Assembly (NCBI GenBank): GCA_017854795.1
Contig: JAFMHB010000006.1
Location: 25,342 to 89,341 of the forward strand
DNA: 64,000 nucleotides
Source of the DNA: Candidatus Nanopelagicales bacterium
GTDB lineage: Bacteria > Actinomycetota > Actinomycetes > S36-B12
Direction of reading: 5' to 3'
In this document: in pieces, positions 37,187 to 47,847 of the stretch
Numbering within the stretch: the stretch's first letter is position 1
Layout of the letters: every line of letters starts with the position of its first letter
Position numbers and translations under genes: made by a program
Notes under the pieces: generated by a model
The model's input: only the letters and a program-made list of their open reading frames with translations
Databases searched by the model: none
What the model was told of the DNA's origin: nothing

Positions 37187-37888
37187 GTGCTTGCCCTTCT
37201 CAAGACCCCGCGTTGGCTCGGTTTCACAACCATCGTGATTCTGTCGATTATTGGATTTGGGCTGCTCAGTCGTTGGCAATGGGATCGGGCCGATGAACAT
37301 CGCGCAGAGCGCCTGGCTATCTCAGAAGCGCAAGTTCTACAGGATGTTGACTCGGTTAATAACCTCAGCGAGTTTACCCGCGTCCAGATTTCCGGTTTCT
37401 ATGACAATCAAAAAACTCAATTGGTGCGTCAACGTCCGCTTGATGGCGGCAACGGTTATTGGGTTATGACTCCACTCGATACAAATTCAGGAACGAGAAT
37501 CTGGGTGATTCGTGGATGGGTGGGAGCTTCCACCATTGCCACTGAGGTGCCATTTGTTCCACAAGCCCCAGTGGGACAAGCCAAGATTACCGGTGCAGTT
37601 CGATATTTTGAAGAGCCACTCGATGATGTTTACGGGCTTCCCGCAGGAGTCATTGCAAAAATGTCGTTGGAAGAATTGTCAACGCAAAATTCCCCAATTA
37701 CTGTTGATAACCGGGTGGTTCAGTTGATGTCATCAACACCCTCTGATGAAATATTGATCGTGCCTCTGCCTGAAGTGGACGAAGGGCAAAATATTTCGTA
37801 TGCAGTGCAATGGATTTTCTTTGCCCTTGTTGCGATTATCGGTTGGTTTATTTTCTTAAGGCGTGAAGCCGAAACGCCTAATGAGTGA
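37187..37888 (+). CDS. SURF1 family cytochrome oxidase assembly protein
   Basis: N-terminal TM followed by LSRWQWDRADEH, and a C-terminal TM after YAVQWIFFALV. Confidence 0.7.
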   Translation: MLALLKTPRWLGFTTIVILSIIGFGLLSRWQWDRADEHRAERLAISEAQVLQDVDSVNNLSEFTRVQISGFYDNQKTQLVRQRPLDGGNGYWVMTPLDTNSGTRIWVIRGWVGASTIATEVPFVPQAPVGQAKITGAVRYFEEPLDDVYGLPAGVIAKMSLEELSTQNSPITVDNRVVQLMSSTPSDEILIVPLPEVDEGQNISYAVQWIFFALVAIIGWFIFLRREAETPNE

Positions 37889-39740
37889 ATTGTGTTTCAT
37901 AGAGGTCCGAGTAAACCCCACCCTGGGCCAGTAATTCATTATGAGTGCCGCGTTGAACAATTTGACCATCAACGACGACGAGAATCTGATGCGCTCCCCT
38001 GATCGTCGAGAGTCGGTGCGCAATCACTACAGATGTACGCCCACTAAGGGCATTGTCCAATGCCTGATGAACAGCCCTCTCGCTTTCACTATCCAAGTGG
38101 GCAGTCGCTTCGTCGAGAATTACAACACGAGGTGATTTCAAGAGCAACCGAGCTAGTGCAATTCGTTGCTTTTCCCCGCCAGAGAGCCGATAACCTCGAT
38201 CGCCGACGACGGTGTCCAAGCCTTCCGGCAGGGATGAAATCATGTTCCAGATTTGTGCGTCAACACATGCTTGCTCAACTTGTGCGGCAGTCGCGTCTGG
38301 TTTTGCATAGAGCAAATTTGCGCCAATAGTGTCGTGAAACATGTGAGAATCTTGTGTGACAACTCCGAGGGCATCTCGCAGAGCTTCAAAACTGACCTCA
38401 CGAATGTCCTCCCCACCCATCCGAATAGAACCCCCGACTGGGTCATAGAGCCGTGAAAGCAAAGCGGTTATTGTGGTTTTCCCTGCACCCGAAGGACCCA
38501 CCAAGGCCGTTAGCGTTCCAGCGGGCACTTCAAAACTAACGTCACGCAAAACGGGTTCTTCGCCCCCAGCAGAATCTGTCCGAGCAATTGACTCGAGAGA
38601 CGCCAAACTGACCTCACTGGCCTTCGGATAAGTGAAATCGACGTGATCGAAGGCTACAGACAGTGGTCCACTAGGGAGCGGCTTAGCATCAGGCGATTCC
38701 ACCACCAGTGGTGGTAAATCAAGTACTTCGAATACCCTGTCAAATGACACAAGAGCGGTCATAACGTCAACACGCACATTTGAGATGGCTGTTAGTGGCC
38801 CATATAGCTGCGCAAGCAAACCAACGAGAGCCAGCAATGTTCCCAGGGAAATGGCACCGGATATGACTAAGTTGCCACCAAGACCGTAAGTTACCGCAGT
38901 TGCCAATGCAGCAACAAGCGTTAGCGCGGTAAAGAACCATCGGTTGGCCATTGCGATCTTGATACCGGAATCACGGACAACTTTCGCTCGATCACTGAAC
39001 ACCCGAGATTCTTCTTCGGGTCGACCAAAAAGCTTTACCAAAAGTGCTCCCGCAACATTGAACCTCTCTGTCATTTGGTTGCTCATTGAGGCGTTTACGG
39101 TCATCTGTTCACGGGTCATAGATTGGAGTCGACGACCCATGTATCGAGCCGGCAACAAGAAAAGAGGTACCAAGATGAGAGAGGCGAGCGTTATTTGCCA
39201 GGACAGAATAAACATTGTAACCAAGACGATTACGAGTGAAATCATGTTTCCCAGCACGCCACCAAGTGTGGAAGTGAATGCCTGTTGGGCGCCTATTACG
39301 TCATTATTCAGCCGTGAAATAAGAGCACCAGTTTGTGCTCGGGTAAAAAACGCAATGCTTTGAGACTGAACATGGTCATAAACTTCATTTCGAAGATCGA
39401 AAATGAGGCCCTCTCCGATACGAGCCGAGTAGTAACGGCTTACAACTCCCAAACCCGCGTCAGCGATCGCCAATAATGCGATGAAAACTGCTGTCCAAGT
39501 AACCAGAGAGGCGTTGCCGGGTGTTATTCCTTGGTCAATGATTCGACGAAAGAGCAGTGGTTGAGCAACACTTAACAAGGAAGCAAAAACCAAAGTGATA
39601 AGGAATAAAGTAATCAGAGCCTTATAAGGCTTTGCATATCCCAGTATCCGTTTTACGGTTTCTCGACTGATCTTGTTGTCTTTAACGGATGCATCTCGTG
39701 TCAGTGACCGATACATCATCCATGCGTTTTCCGCTGACAC
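37878..39740 (-). CDS. ABC exporter, fused permease/ATPase
   Basis: 620-aa ORF with a six-TM N-terminal half, Walker A GPSGAGKT, signature LSGGEKQR and Walker B ILDEATAHLD. Confidence 0.9.
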   Translation of the reverse strand: MSAENAWMMYRSLTRDASVKDNKISRETVKRILGYAKPYKALITLFLITLVFASLLSVAQPLLFRRIIDQGITPGNASLVTWTAVFIALLAIADAGLGVVSRYYSARIGEGLIFDLRNEVYDHVQSQSIAFFTRAQTGALISRLNNDVIGAQQAFTSTLGGVLGNMISLVIVLVTMFILSWQITLASLILVPLFLLPARYMGRRLQSMTREQMTVNASMSNQMTERFNVAGALLVKLFGRPEEESRVFSDRAKVVRDSGIKIAMANRWFFTALTLVAALATAVTYGLGGNLVISGAISLGTLLALVGLLAQLYGPLTAISNVRVDVMTALVSFDRVFEVLDLPPLVVESPDAKPLPSGPLSVAFDHVDFTYPKASEVSLASLESIARTDSAGGEEPVLRDVSFEVPAGTLTALVGPSGAGKTTITALLSRLYDPVGGSIRMGGEDIREVSFEALRDALGVVTQDSHMFHDTIGANLLYAKPDATAAQVEQACVDAQIWNMISSLPEGLDTVVGDRGYRLSGGEKQRIALARLLLKSPRVVILDEATAHLDSESERAVHQALDNALSGRTSVVIAHRLSTIRGAHQILVVVDGQIVQRGTHNELLAQGGVYSDLYETQFTH

Positions 39741-39760
39741 AAACTACCCCAAACTAATAA

Positions 39761-40516
39761 TTATTGATCTGACATGAGTGAGTGAAGGTGGCGTAGGCGT
39801 CTGATCTGGGACCGCCGTTCGGCCACCCAAGGCTCTTCACCGTAGGCAATCCCGGCCAGCATTGACTTCGCATCAATGAGAGCTTCGGGCATGACCGCTC
39901 GTAAAGGATTAATAAGTTCGCTGAGCCCCGTTTCGAGATTATCAGAAACAATGCTCACTAGTCCTAGTGAGCAAGCCTCATCGCCGGTAATTACGCGCCC
40001 ACTACCGATGAGTTCAAGGCTCTTGCGGTAACCGAGTGCTTCCATGAACCGAGCGGTTCCGCCCAAATCAGGGGTAAGTCCCCATTGAGTTTCCTTGAGG
40101 GAAAACTGTGCGCTCGGCTGGGCAACGATGAGATCACACGCCAGTGCAAGTTGAAAACCGGCACCAATTGCATGCCCTTGAACTAACGCAACGCTGACCT
40201 GTGGCAAGTCACGCAGGACTCGAAAGAAACGCTGATAATGCGCAATTGTGTCGTCCATTTGCGTGTCATTCTGTACTGCCATTTCCATGAATGATGGCTG
40301 ACCGGGGACTCCTTCGGGAGTAAACATTGCTCGGTCAAGCCCCGCGGAAAAAGACTTACCGTTTCCGCGCAAAACAATGAATCGAGCATCCTTGGGAACC
40401 CGCTGACTGATGTCAAATAACTGATCCCACGTGTGCGGCGTTTGTGCATTTCGCTTGTCAGGATCATTGAGGGTTATCGTGAATATGTCACCAGAGTGAT
40501 CGGTAAGGATTTCCAT
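39761..40516 (-). CDS. enoyl-CoA hydratase/isomerase family protein
   Basis: Crotonase-fold motif GNGKSFSAGLD, 251 aa. Confidence 0.8.
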   Translation of the reverse strand: MEILTDHSGDIFTITLNDPDKRNAQTPHTWDQLFDISQRVPKDARFIVLRGNGKSFSAGLDRAMFTPEGVPGQPSFMEMAVQNDTQMDDTIAHYQRFFRVLRDLPQVSVALVQGHAIGAGFQLALACDLIVAQPSAQFSLKETQWGLTPDLGGTARFMEALGYRKSLELIGSGRVITGDEACSLGLVSIVSDNLETGLSELINPLRAVMPEALIDAKSMLAGIAYGEEPWVAERRSQIRRLRHLHSLMSDQ

Positions 40517-40520
40517 GACC

Positions 40521-42125
40521 TTAGGCTAACTCAATTAGTTCGATATAGGCTTCGCTCCAGAGATCCTCGTCGCCATCAGGCAGGATAAGAACTCTTTCCG
40601 GATTGAGGGCTCGTACTGCGCCGGGATCATGTGTAACCAATACAACGGCCCCTTCGTAGAGAGACAAAGCATTAAGAACTTCCGCGCGGCTTGCTGGATC
40701 AAGGTTGTTTGTTGGCTCATCGAGTAAAAGCACATTTGAGCCCGAAACCACCAAACAAGCCAATGCCAATCGGGTTTTCTCACCACCGGAAAGTACGCCT
40801 GTCGGCTTGTGAACTGAATCTCCTTGAAATAGAAAGGAGCCAAGAACGGTTCTTTGCTGCGTATCATTGAGATGCGTTCCAGCCGAAGCCATGGTTTCCC
40901 ATACGGTCGCAGTCGGATCTAGAGTCTCGTGCTCCTGAGCGTAATAGCCAACGACAGCACCGTGCCCAAGCTCCCTCGATCCCGTGTCTGGTGGGTCAAT
41001 TCCCGCAAGGATACGCAACATAGTCGTTTTTCCTGCACCGTTGAGCCCTAAGATTACGACTTTGCTGCCGCGATCAATAGCTAGATCAACATCGGTAAAA
41101 ACCTCTAGGCTCCCGTAGCTTCGGGAGAGATTCTCGGCCATCAAGGGAACCCGACCGCAAGCCTTAGGTGTGGGGAATCTCAGTTTCGCCACATTATCCT
41201 TCTGAAGGACCGTTGCTGTTTCGGCCATGATTCGGTCTGCACGTTTGAACATGCTTTGAGCAGCCTTGGCTTTTGAGGCTTTTGCACGCATTTTTTCCGC
41301 TTGTTTGCGGAGACTGTCAGCCTGTGTTTCCGCATTCTTGCGTTCGCGCTTTCTTCGCTTTTCATCAGTTTCTCTCGCGAGCAAGTATTTACTCCACCCC
41401 ATTGAGTAAAGATCAATTTCTTGTCGGTTCGCGTCAAGATGCCACACTTTGTTCACCGTGTCTTCGAGAAGTTCGGTGTCATGGCTAATCACGATGAAAC
41501 CACCTTCGTAGGCCGCGAGGTATTTGCGCAGCCAGCGAATTGAGTCGGCATCGAGGTGGTTGGTTGGTTCATCTAAAAGCAAGACATCGGCATCGGAAAA
41601 AAGAATTCGCGTCAGTTCAACACGCCTGCGTTGACCACCGGAAAGAGTCCCCAGCGGTTGACCCAGAATGCGATCATCTAAACCAATACTCGCGGCAATG
41701 GTTGCTGCCTCAGACTCCGCCGTATAACCACCAAGGCCTTCAAATTCACCTAACGCCCTGTTATATCGATCTCCTGCCTTATCAAAATCCTCGACACTGA
41801 TTCCCGGAGCGGCTAGAGCCTCCGCGGCTTTTGTCATCCGGATAGAGACCGCATCAAGACCTCGAGCACTGAGTATTCGTGACCGTGCCAGTTGGCTTGG
41901 GTCAGCTGTACGGGGATCTTGGGGCAAATAGCCCACAGTTCCCGTGATTTTGACACTCCCACTAGCGGGAGCGGCCTCACTGGCCAGAACCCGCGTTAAC
42001 GTTGTTTTCCCGGCCCCATTGCGACCAACGAGCCCAATTCGGTCACCCTTGTCCACCCGAAGCATCGGGGCGGTGAGGAGGAGTTCTGATCCCGCGCGCA
42101 ACTCGATTTCGGAAGCGGCAATCAT
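40521..42125 (-). CDS. ABC-F family ATPase (two ABC domains, no TM)
   Basis: Walker A GRNGAGKTT and GLNGAGKTT, two LSGG signatures, and a charged inter-domain linker. Confidence 0.9.
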   Translation of the reverse strand: MIAASEIELRAGSELLLTAPMLRVDKGDRIGLVGRNGAGKTTLTRVLASEAAPASGSVKITGTVGYLPQDPRTADPSQLARSRILSARGLDAVSIRMTKAAEALAAPGISVEDFDKAGDRYNRALGEFEGLGGYTAESEAATIAASIGLDDRILGQPLGTLSGGQRRRVELTRILFSDADVLLLDEPTNHLDADSIRWLRKYLAAYEGGFIVISHDTELLEDTVNKVWHLDANRQEIDLYSMGWSKYLLARETDEKRRKRERKNAETQADSLRKQAEKMRAKASKAKAAQSMFKRADRIMAETATVLQKDNVAKLRFPTPKACGRVPLMAENLSRSYGSLEVFTDVDLAIDRGSKVVILGLNGAGKTTMLRILAGIDPPDTGSRELGHGAVVGYYAQEHETLDPTATVWETMASAGTHLNDTQQRTVLGSFLFQGDSVHKPTGVLSGGEKTRLALACLVVSGSNVLLLDEPTNNLDPASRAEVLNALSLYEGAVVLVTHDPGAVRALNPERVLILPDGDEDLWSEAYIELIELA

Positions 42126-42162
42126 GGTTAGGGCAGTCTAGTCCCTACGCATATCGGTTGAT

Positions 42163-42477
42163 TCAGACGTTGAATCCGAGAGACCGCAGCATGTCCCGAC
42201 CGTCATCCGTAATCTTGTCCGGTCCCCAGGGTGGCATCCAGACCCAATTGATCTTAAAGTCTGTCACAATCGAATCCAGCGCACTTCGAGTTTGGTCTTC
42301 GATCACGTCAGTGAGCGGACACGCTGCCGAGGTCAGCGTCATGTCAACGGTTGCCGAGTTGTTCTCGTCCACGGTAACCCCGTAAACCAACCCAAGATCA
42401 ACGACATTTATGCCCAATTCGGGGTCAATAACGTCTTTCATTGCCTCTATAACATCCTCATCGGTTACAGCCATCAT
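42163..42477 (-). CDS. sufT: SufT-like Fe-S assembly protein (DUF59)
   Basis: 104-aa ORF with VIDPELGINVVDLGLVY and TLTSAACP motifs. Last gene of the suf operon. Confidence 0.8.
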   Translation of the reverse strand: MMAVTDEDVIEAMKDVIDPELGINVVDLGLVYGVTVDENNSATVDMTLTSAACPLTDVIEDQTRSALDSIVTDFKINWVWMPPWGPDKITDDGRDMLRSLGFNV

Positions 42478-42936
42478 TTACTCATTCCGTGTAGTGGTTT
42501 TCGCGGTCAACGAAGCCTTAATTTGTGCATCGGATAACGCCATCCATGAGATGAGCGCACACTTGATGCGAGCAGGATACTTGGAAACACCTGCGAATGC
42601 GATTGCATCTTCGAGTACCTCCTCATCTGGTTCAAGTTGTCCTTTTGACTTCATGAGTTCCATGAATGCAGCCTGAATGGGCGCGGCTTGCTCAGGGGTC
42701 TTTCCATTGATCAGCTCGCTCATCACGCTGGCACTCGCCTGTGAAATCGAGCAACCCTGCCCGTCGTAAGAAACCAACAATGTGCCGTCAGAATTCTGTC
42801 CGATCTCTACGGTGATTTCATCCCCGCAAGTTGGGTTGACTTGATGACTCTGAGCCAGTGAGTCAATCTCGACTCTTTTGCCTCGGGGATTTTTATAGTG
42901 ATCAAGGATTATTTCTTGATAAAGGTCTTCGCTCAT
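42478..42936 (-). CDS. sufU: Fe-S cluster scaffold/sulfur transfer protein SufU
   Basis: LYQEIILDHYKNPRG...NPTCGDEI...GQGCSISQASAS are IscU/SufU-type conserved Cys blocks. Confidence 0.85.
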   Translation of the reverse strand: MSEDLYQEIILDHYKNPRGKRVEIDSLAQSHQVNPTCGDEITVEIGQNSDGTLLVSYDGQGCSISQASASVMSELINGKTPEQAAPIQAAFMELMKSKGQLEPDEEVLEDAIAFAGVSKYPARIKCALISWMALSDAQIKASLTAKTTTRNE

Positions 42937-44210
42937 GCGCTCACCGCGACAGTTGCTCCAAAGAACTCTTGAGCACTCTTAATTCCCGCTATTGCTTGAT
43001 CAATATCACTCTTGTCATTGTAAATATATGTCGTGATTCGAGTGGTCGCTGGAACGTCAAAACGCCGGCAGGTTGGCCAGCAGCAATGGTGACCCACGCG
43101 CACGGCAACCCCCATCGAATCCATCAGGTGTCCCACGTCATGAGGGTGAATTCCATCCACGACGAACGAGACGGCTGAACCACGATCATGAGTGTCAAGG
43201 GGTCCGATCACTCGAACTCCAGGCAGTTTTCCCAGCTCCGCCAAGGTATAGGCGGTCAATTCCTGTTCATGTTGGAATACGTTTTCCATGCCCAAATCCG
43301 TGAGATATTCACATGCCCGGGCGAGCCCTATCGCTTGGGCCACCATGGGGACGCCTGCCTCGAATCGCTGTGGCGCAGGTGCATAGGTGCTCTGTTCCAT
43401 GTGAACCATTTCGATCATGGAACCTCCTGTGAGAAATGGTGGCATGACGTTGAGAAGTTCCGCCCGACCCCACAAAATCCCGATACCGGTAGGGCCAAGC
43501 ATCTTGTGACCACTCCATGAAGCAAAGTCAGCTCCGAGCTCGTGCACATTTACGGGCATGTGCGGAACGGATTGACAAAGGTCGACCATTCCAAGAGCCC
43601 CCACCGCGTGCGCCATGTCCATAATTTCTCTGACGGGATTGATCGTCCCTAAGAGATTTGATTGGTGCACAACAGAGACAAACTTTGTAGTGCTGTCAAT
43701 AACTCCTGGCTCAATATTGAGTCGACCCTCTTCGGTGATTCCGAACCAACGTAGGTGCGCACCGGTCTTGGCGCACAATTCTTGCCATGGGACAAGATTT
43801 GCGTGATGCTCCATTTCCGTTACGACAATGGAATCACCTGGACCAATGACAAAACGCTGATCGACATCAAGACCTTGGCGTGCTTTGTCTGTTGCATTTG
43901 AAAATGCATATGCCACTAAGTTAATTCCTTCAGTGGCATTTTTAGTGAATACAACCTCGTCAACATGCGCTCCAACGAACGAGGCGATCGTTTGCCGAGC
44001 ACGCTCGTATGCGTCGGTTGCTTCCTCAGCTAATGCGTGCGCCCCACGATGAACGACCGCGTTGGAGTTTTCGTAGAAGTGTCTCTCCGCATCCAAGACC
44101 TGTGTTGGCTTTTGTGAAGTCGCGCCACTATCGAGGTACACCAATGGAACTCCCCGAACACTTCGAGAGAGTATCGGAAAATCAGCGCGCAACTCGTTGA
44201 CGTCGAACAT
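42933..44210 (-). CDS. sufS: cysteine desulfurase SufS
   Basis: PLP-lysine block SGHKMLGPTG and active-site RVGHHCC. Confidence 0.9.
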   Translation of the reverse strand: MFDVNELRADFPILSRSVRGVPLVYLDSGATSQKPTQVLDAERHFYENSNAVVHRGAHALAEEATDAYERARQTIASFVGAHVDEVVFTKNATEGINLVAYAFSNATDKARQGLDVDQRFVIGPGDSIVVTEMEHHANLVPWQELCAKTGAHLRWFGITEEGRLNIEPGVIDSTTKFVSVVHQSNLLGTINPVREIMDMAHAVGALGMVDLCQSVPHMPVNVHELGADFASWSGHKMLGPTGIGILWGRAELLNVMPPFLTGGSMIEMVHMEQSTYAPAPQRFEAGVPMVAQAIGLARACEYLTDLGMENVFQHEQELTAYTLAELGKLPGVRVIGPLDTHDRGSAVSFVVDGIHPHDVGHLMDSMGVAVRVGHHCCWPTCRRFDVPATTRITTYIYNDKSDIDQAIAGIKSAQEFFGATVAVSA

Positions 44211-44971
44211 TACGCACGCGCCGCGGCAGTGTAAGTCTCGTAACCATCTGATTCCAGTGCGTCAGCCAATTCTGGGCCACCGGTGGCCACAATTCGTCCG
44301 TCAACAAAAACGTGCACGACGTCGGGCTTGATGTACCGAAGGATTCGCGTGTAGTGGGTTATGAGGAGTAACCCAGCGTCGCTGGACTCCTTAAAACGAT
44401 TAACCCCTTCGCTTACGATTTTGAGAGCGTCAACATCTAGGCCAGAGTCTGTTTCATCCAGGACTGCAATCTTTGGCTGCATTAACCCCAATTGCAAAAT
44501 CTCATGTCGCTTCTTCTCACCGCCAGAGAATCCCTCATTAACATTGCGGCTTGCAAAGGCTGGATCCATCTGCAAATCTGCCATAGCCCCCTTCATGTCC
44601 TTTGTCCATGTGCGAAGTTTTGGAGCCTCACCTTTTAATGCAGTGATTGAAGTGCGCAAAAAGTTGGAAACTGATACGCCAGGGATTTCAACGGGGTATT
44701 GCATCGCAAGAAATAGGCCAGCTCGTGCGCGTTCATCGACGCTCATCGCAAGAACATCTTGACCGTCAAGATCAATAGATCCAGATGTGACAGTGTACTT
44801 GGGATGACCTGCGATCACGTACGCCAATGTGCTTTTGCCTGATCCATTGGGACCCATGATCGCGTTAGTCGTACCAGACTCAACAACGAGTGACACTCCA
44901 CGAAGAATAGGCGTTTCGCCATCTTCTGTTATGACACTTGCATGTAGATCGGTAATAGTTAGCCTGCTCAT
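44210..44971 (-). CDS. sufC: Fe-S assembly ATPase SufC
   Basis: Walker A GPNGSGKST, signature FSGGEKKR and Walker B AVLDETDSGLD. Confidence 0.95.
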   Translation of the reverse strand: MSRLTITDLHASVITEDGETPILRGVSLVVESGTTNAIMGPNGSGKSTLAYVIAGHPKYTVTSGSIDLDGQDVLAMSVDERARAGLFLAMQYPVEIPGVSVSNFLRTSITALKGEAPKLRTWTKDMKGAMADLQMDPAFASRNVNEGFSGGEKKRHEILQLGLMQPKIAVLDETDSGLDVDALKIVSEGVNRFKESSDAGLLLITHYTRILRYIKPDVVHVFVDGRIVATGGPELADALESDGYETYTAAARA

Positions 44972-45300
44972 TAATTCGTGCCTTTCGTGATAAGAATCGG
45001 ACTATTGGGATCTGTTACATCGGTAAAAACGGGGTAAGTCTTGACCGGGGTGATAGCAGGCAGCGAGGTAGGTATGCCGGTGCGAACGTCAAAAGCCGAA
45101 CCGTGCAACCAACATTCAATAAGGCACCCATCCACCTCACCTTCTGAGAGAGCCACGTCTGAGTGGGAGCAACGATCCTCCAGCGCAAACATGCCCTCAG
45201 TGGTGTTAACGACAACAATCAAGTCGCCATCAACCTCGAACTGACGCGCTGTCCCGACCGGCACGTCAGACACAACACCCAGACTCAGTTGGTCACTCAT
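44971..45300 (-). CDS. Rieske [2Fe-2S] ferredoxin-like protein
   Basis: CSH...CWLH (C-x-H / C-x2-H) Rieske ligands. Start ATG 45300 gives an ATGAGTGA overlap with the sufD stop. Confidence 0.8.
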   Translation of the reverse strand: MSDQLSLGVVSDVPVGTARQFEVDGDLIVVVNTTEGMFALEDRCSHSDVALSEGEVDGCLIECWLHGSAFDVRTGIPTSLPAITPVKTYPVFTDVTDPNSPILITKGTN

Positions 45301-46417
45301 GATCGACAATTCCAAGCTTCGACTCGATTCGGCGCATCAACGAACCACTCAAATCCGGGTCATCGATTTTGCTCAGAACATCGACAAAGAAACCTCGTAC
45401 AACTAGTTGACGGGCAACCGGTTCGGGGATTCCTCGGGACTGCAGGTAAAACAACTGCTCGTCATCGAATCGGCCAGTAGCACTCGCATGACCGGCACTG
45501 ATTACATCACCGGTTTCTAGTTCCAGATTAGGAACCGAGTCGGCCCGCGGACCATCTGTGAGCAAAAGGTTTCGATTCAGTTCATAGGTTTCAATTCCGA
45601 TTGCTTCGCGTCGAACAAGAACGTCGCCAATCCACACTGAGTGAGCACCTTCACCACTGAGCGCACCCTTGTAAATGACGTTGCTTAGACAGTGAGGCTG
45701 CGTGTGATCAACAAGGATCCGATGCTCCTGAAACTGATCGCCCGTGAGCAAAAAAGCACCCAGCATCTGTGCCTTTCCACCCGGTGCTCGGTAGGTCAGA
45801 GTGGGAACCGTTCGAACGACACCGCCACCGAGAGTGATTGACAGGCCGAGGAAGTTGGCGTCCCGTCCAACTTCAGTGAACCAATGTAAATGTTGCATTA
45901 CCGCTGCGTCTGCATCAATTACAGACAACATGGTCAAATCTGCTTGATCGCCCAAGAGTGAAAGCATGGATCCGCTGACATTTCCCGTTGTGTCATGAAT
46001 TAGCACTACCTGTGCCTTGGAAAATGGACCAGCATGAACTTCCACGTGAAGATAGTTGTTCTCGCCTGCATTTTTAAGATTCACAACGATCGGTCTTGAG
46101 TGAATGGACTCCTTTGCGATAGTCACAAGGACAGCATGCGTTGCTTGCGACCGAGCAATTGCACTCGGACGATCTGTCGGCATCCAGGACTGAGACAATC
46201 TCGGATCACTGGTTTCGACGTATTCAACTGTTACATCGTGTTCGCCACTAAGCCCAACACTCCCCCAGTTTGCTGGTTCGAAAAAACTAGCCAATTTTCT
46301 CATTGGCGCAAAGCGCCACTCTTCTTCACGTCCTTGAGGAACATCAAAATCCCCAACGTCACGCGAAAAAACCCGAGGGGCCAAATCTGTTGCTGGAGCA
46401 ACGGTGGGAGCTCTCAC
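45293..46417 (-). CDS. sufD: Fe-S assembly protein SufD
   Basis: 374-aa ORF between sufB and sufC. C-terminal [21 protein letters not shown] is typical of SufB/SufD. Confidence 0.9.
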   Translation of the reverse strand: MRAPTVAPATDLAPRVFSRDVGDFDVPQGREEEWRFAPMRKLASFFEPANWGSVGLSGEHDVTVEYVETSDPRLSQSWMPTDRPSAIARSQATHAVLVTIAKESIHSRPIVVNLKNAGENNYLHVEVHAGPFSKAQVVLIHDTTGNVSGSMLSLLGDQADLTMLSVIDADAAVMQHLHWFTEVGRDANFLGLSITLGGGVVRTVPTLTYRAPGGKAQMLGAFLLTGDQFQEHRILVDHTQPHCLSNVIYKGALSGEGAHSVWIGDVLVRREAIGIETYELNRNLLLTDGPRADSVPNLELETGDVISAGHASATGRFDDEQLFYLQSRGIPEPVARQLVVRGFFVDVLSKIDDPDLSGSLMRRIESKLGIVDHE

Positions 46418-47847
46418 CCAACAGCCCCTTCCATCTGAAGCTCAATCAGACGATTGAGTTCAATTGCGTATTCCATTGGTAGTTCACGAGCAATGGGTTC
46501 TATGAATCCACGAACAATCATTGCCATTGCTTCATCTTCACTAAGGCCACGCGTCATCAAATAAAACAACTGTTCTTCACTAACCTTTGAGACAGTTGCT
46601 TCGTGTCCCATCTGCACGTCGTCTTCGCGTACATCCACGTAGGGGTACGTGTCGGATCGACTGATGTCATCAACAAGTAGGGCATCACATTTAACCGTGC
46701 TCTTAGAGTGGTGCGAGCCCTCCAATACCTGAACCAGGCCGCGATAACTTGTCCGACCGCCACCACGAGCCACCGACTTGCTAATGATTGAAGAGGATGT
46801 GTGAGGAGCTGCGTGAACCATCTTGGCTCCAGCGTCTTGGTGCTGCCCTGCTCCGGCAAATGCAATGGACAGGGTTTCACCGCGAGCATGTTCACCGGTC
46901 ATGACGACTGCCGGGTATTTCATTGTGACCTTGCTACCAAGGTTTCCGTCGACCCATTCCATCGTGGCACCTTCGTGCGCAATAGCCCTCTTGGTTACCA
47001 GGTTGTACACGTTTGTTGACCAGTTTTGGATTGTCGTGTAACGGCAGCGCCCACCCTTTTTCACGATGATTTCAACGACAGCCGAGTGCAATGAATCACT
47101 TGAATAAATAGGTGCTGTGCATCCCTCTACGTAGTGCACGTAGGCGCCTTCGTCGACAATAATGAGTGTTCGCTCAAACTGGCCCATGTTTTCCGTGTTA
47201 ATCCGGAAATAAGCCTGTAATGGAATATCAATGTGTACGCCCTTAGGAACGTAGATGAACGACCCACCCGACCACACTGAAGTGTTCAGCGCGGCAAACT
47301 TGTTGTCACCTACGGGAATCACTGACCCGAAATATTCCTTGAAGATATCTTCATGCTCCCGCAGGGCTGTATCGGTATCAAGGAAAAGCACACCGAGTTC
47401 TTCGAGATCCTCACGGATCTTGTGGTAGACAACTTCGGACTCGTACTGTGCCGCAACTCCACCGACGAGGCGTTGCTTCTCTGCCTCTGGAATGCCTAGA
47501 CGGTCGTACGTGTTCTTGATGTCGTCAGGGAGATCACTCCACTCAGTTGCCTGCTTCTCCGTGGAGCGAACGAAATACTTGATCGTGTCAAAGTGAATCC
47601 CGGTGAGGTCCGAGCCCCAATGCGGCATTGGCTTCTTTTCAAAAAGCTTTAGGCCTTTGAGCCGCAAGTCCAGCATCCACTGAGGCTCATTCTTTTTGGC
47701 GGAGATATCGCGCACAACGTCTTCGTTGATACCCCGACGAGCATTTGCACCTGCGTCACTGGCATCACTCCAGCCATACTCGTAATTTCCCAGGGCCTCG
47801 ATAGTGGCATCTTGCTCACTTTTGGCATTGGGGATCGTTGTACTCAT
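46414..47847 (-). CDS. sufB: Fe-S assembly protein SufB
   Basis: 477-aa ORF with [21 protein letters not shown] and a conserved core. No intein-sized insertion. Confidence 0.95.
   Translation of the reverse strand: MSTTIPNAKSEQDATIEALGNYEYGWSDASDAGANARRGINEDVVRDISAKKNEPQWMLDLRLKGLKLFEKKPMPHWGSDLTGIHFDTIKYFVRSTEKQATEWSDLPDDIKNTYDRLGIPEAEKQRLVGGVAAQYESEVVYHKIREDLEELGVLFLDTDTALREHEDIFKEYFGSVIPVGDNKFAALNTSVWSGGSFIYVPKGVHIDIPLQAYFRINTENMGQFERTLIIVDEGAYVHYVEGCTAPIYSSDSLHSAVVEIIVKKGGRCRYTTIQNWSTNVYNLVTKRAIAHEGATMEWVDGNLGSKVTMKYPAVVMTGEHARGETLSIAFAGAGQHQDAGAKMVHAAPHTSSSIISKSVARGGGRTSYRGLVQVLEGSHHSKSTVKCDALLVDDISRSDTYPYVDVREDDVQMGHEATVSKVSEEQLFYLMTRGLSEDEAMAMIVRGFIEPIARELPMEYAIELNRLIELQMEGAVG

Noticed and set aside
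40522-40527. TAGGCT at 40522-40527 and TAGACT at 23786-23791, occurring without any start codon 5-7 nt downstream.
   Set aside because: These show that the hexamer alone also occurs by chance inside or between genes. Only hexamer-plus-start-codon pairs were counted as promoter candidates.
42135-42140. TAGACT 9 nt before the ABC-F ATG (42125, minus) and CATACT 6 nt before the exonuclease GTG (17823, minus).
   Set aside because: The spacing (9 nt) or the hexamer (no T at position 1) falls outside the pattern. I left both out of the leaderless count to keep it conservative.
46414-47847. Possible intein in SufB, as in M. tuberculosis.
   Set aside because: At 477 aa the protein has the uninterrupted length, and no Cys/Ser-His...His-Asn splicing block insertion is visible.
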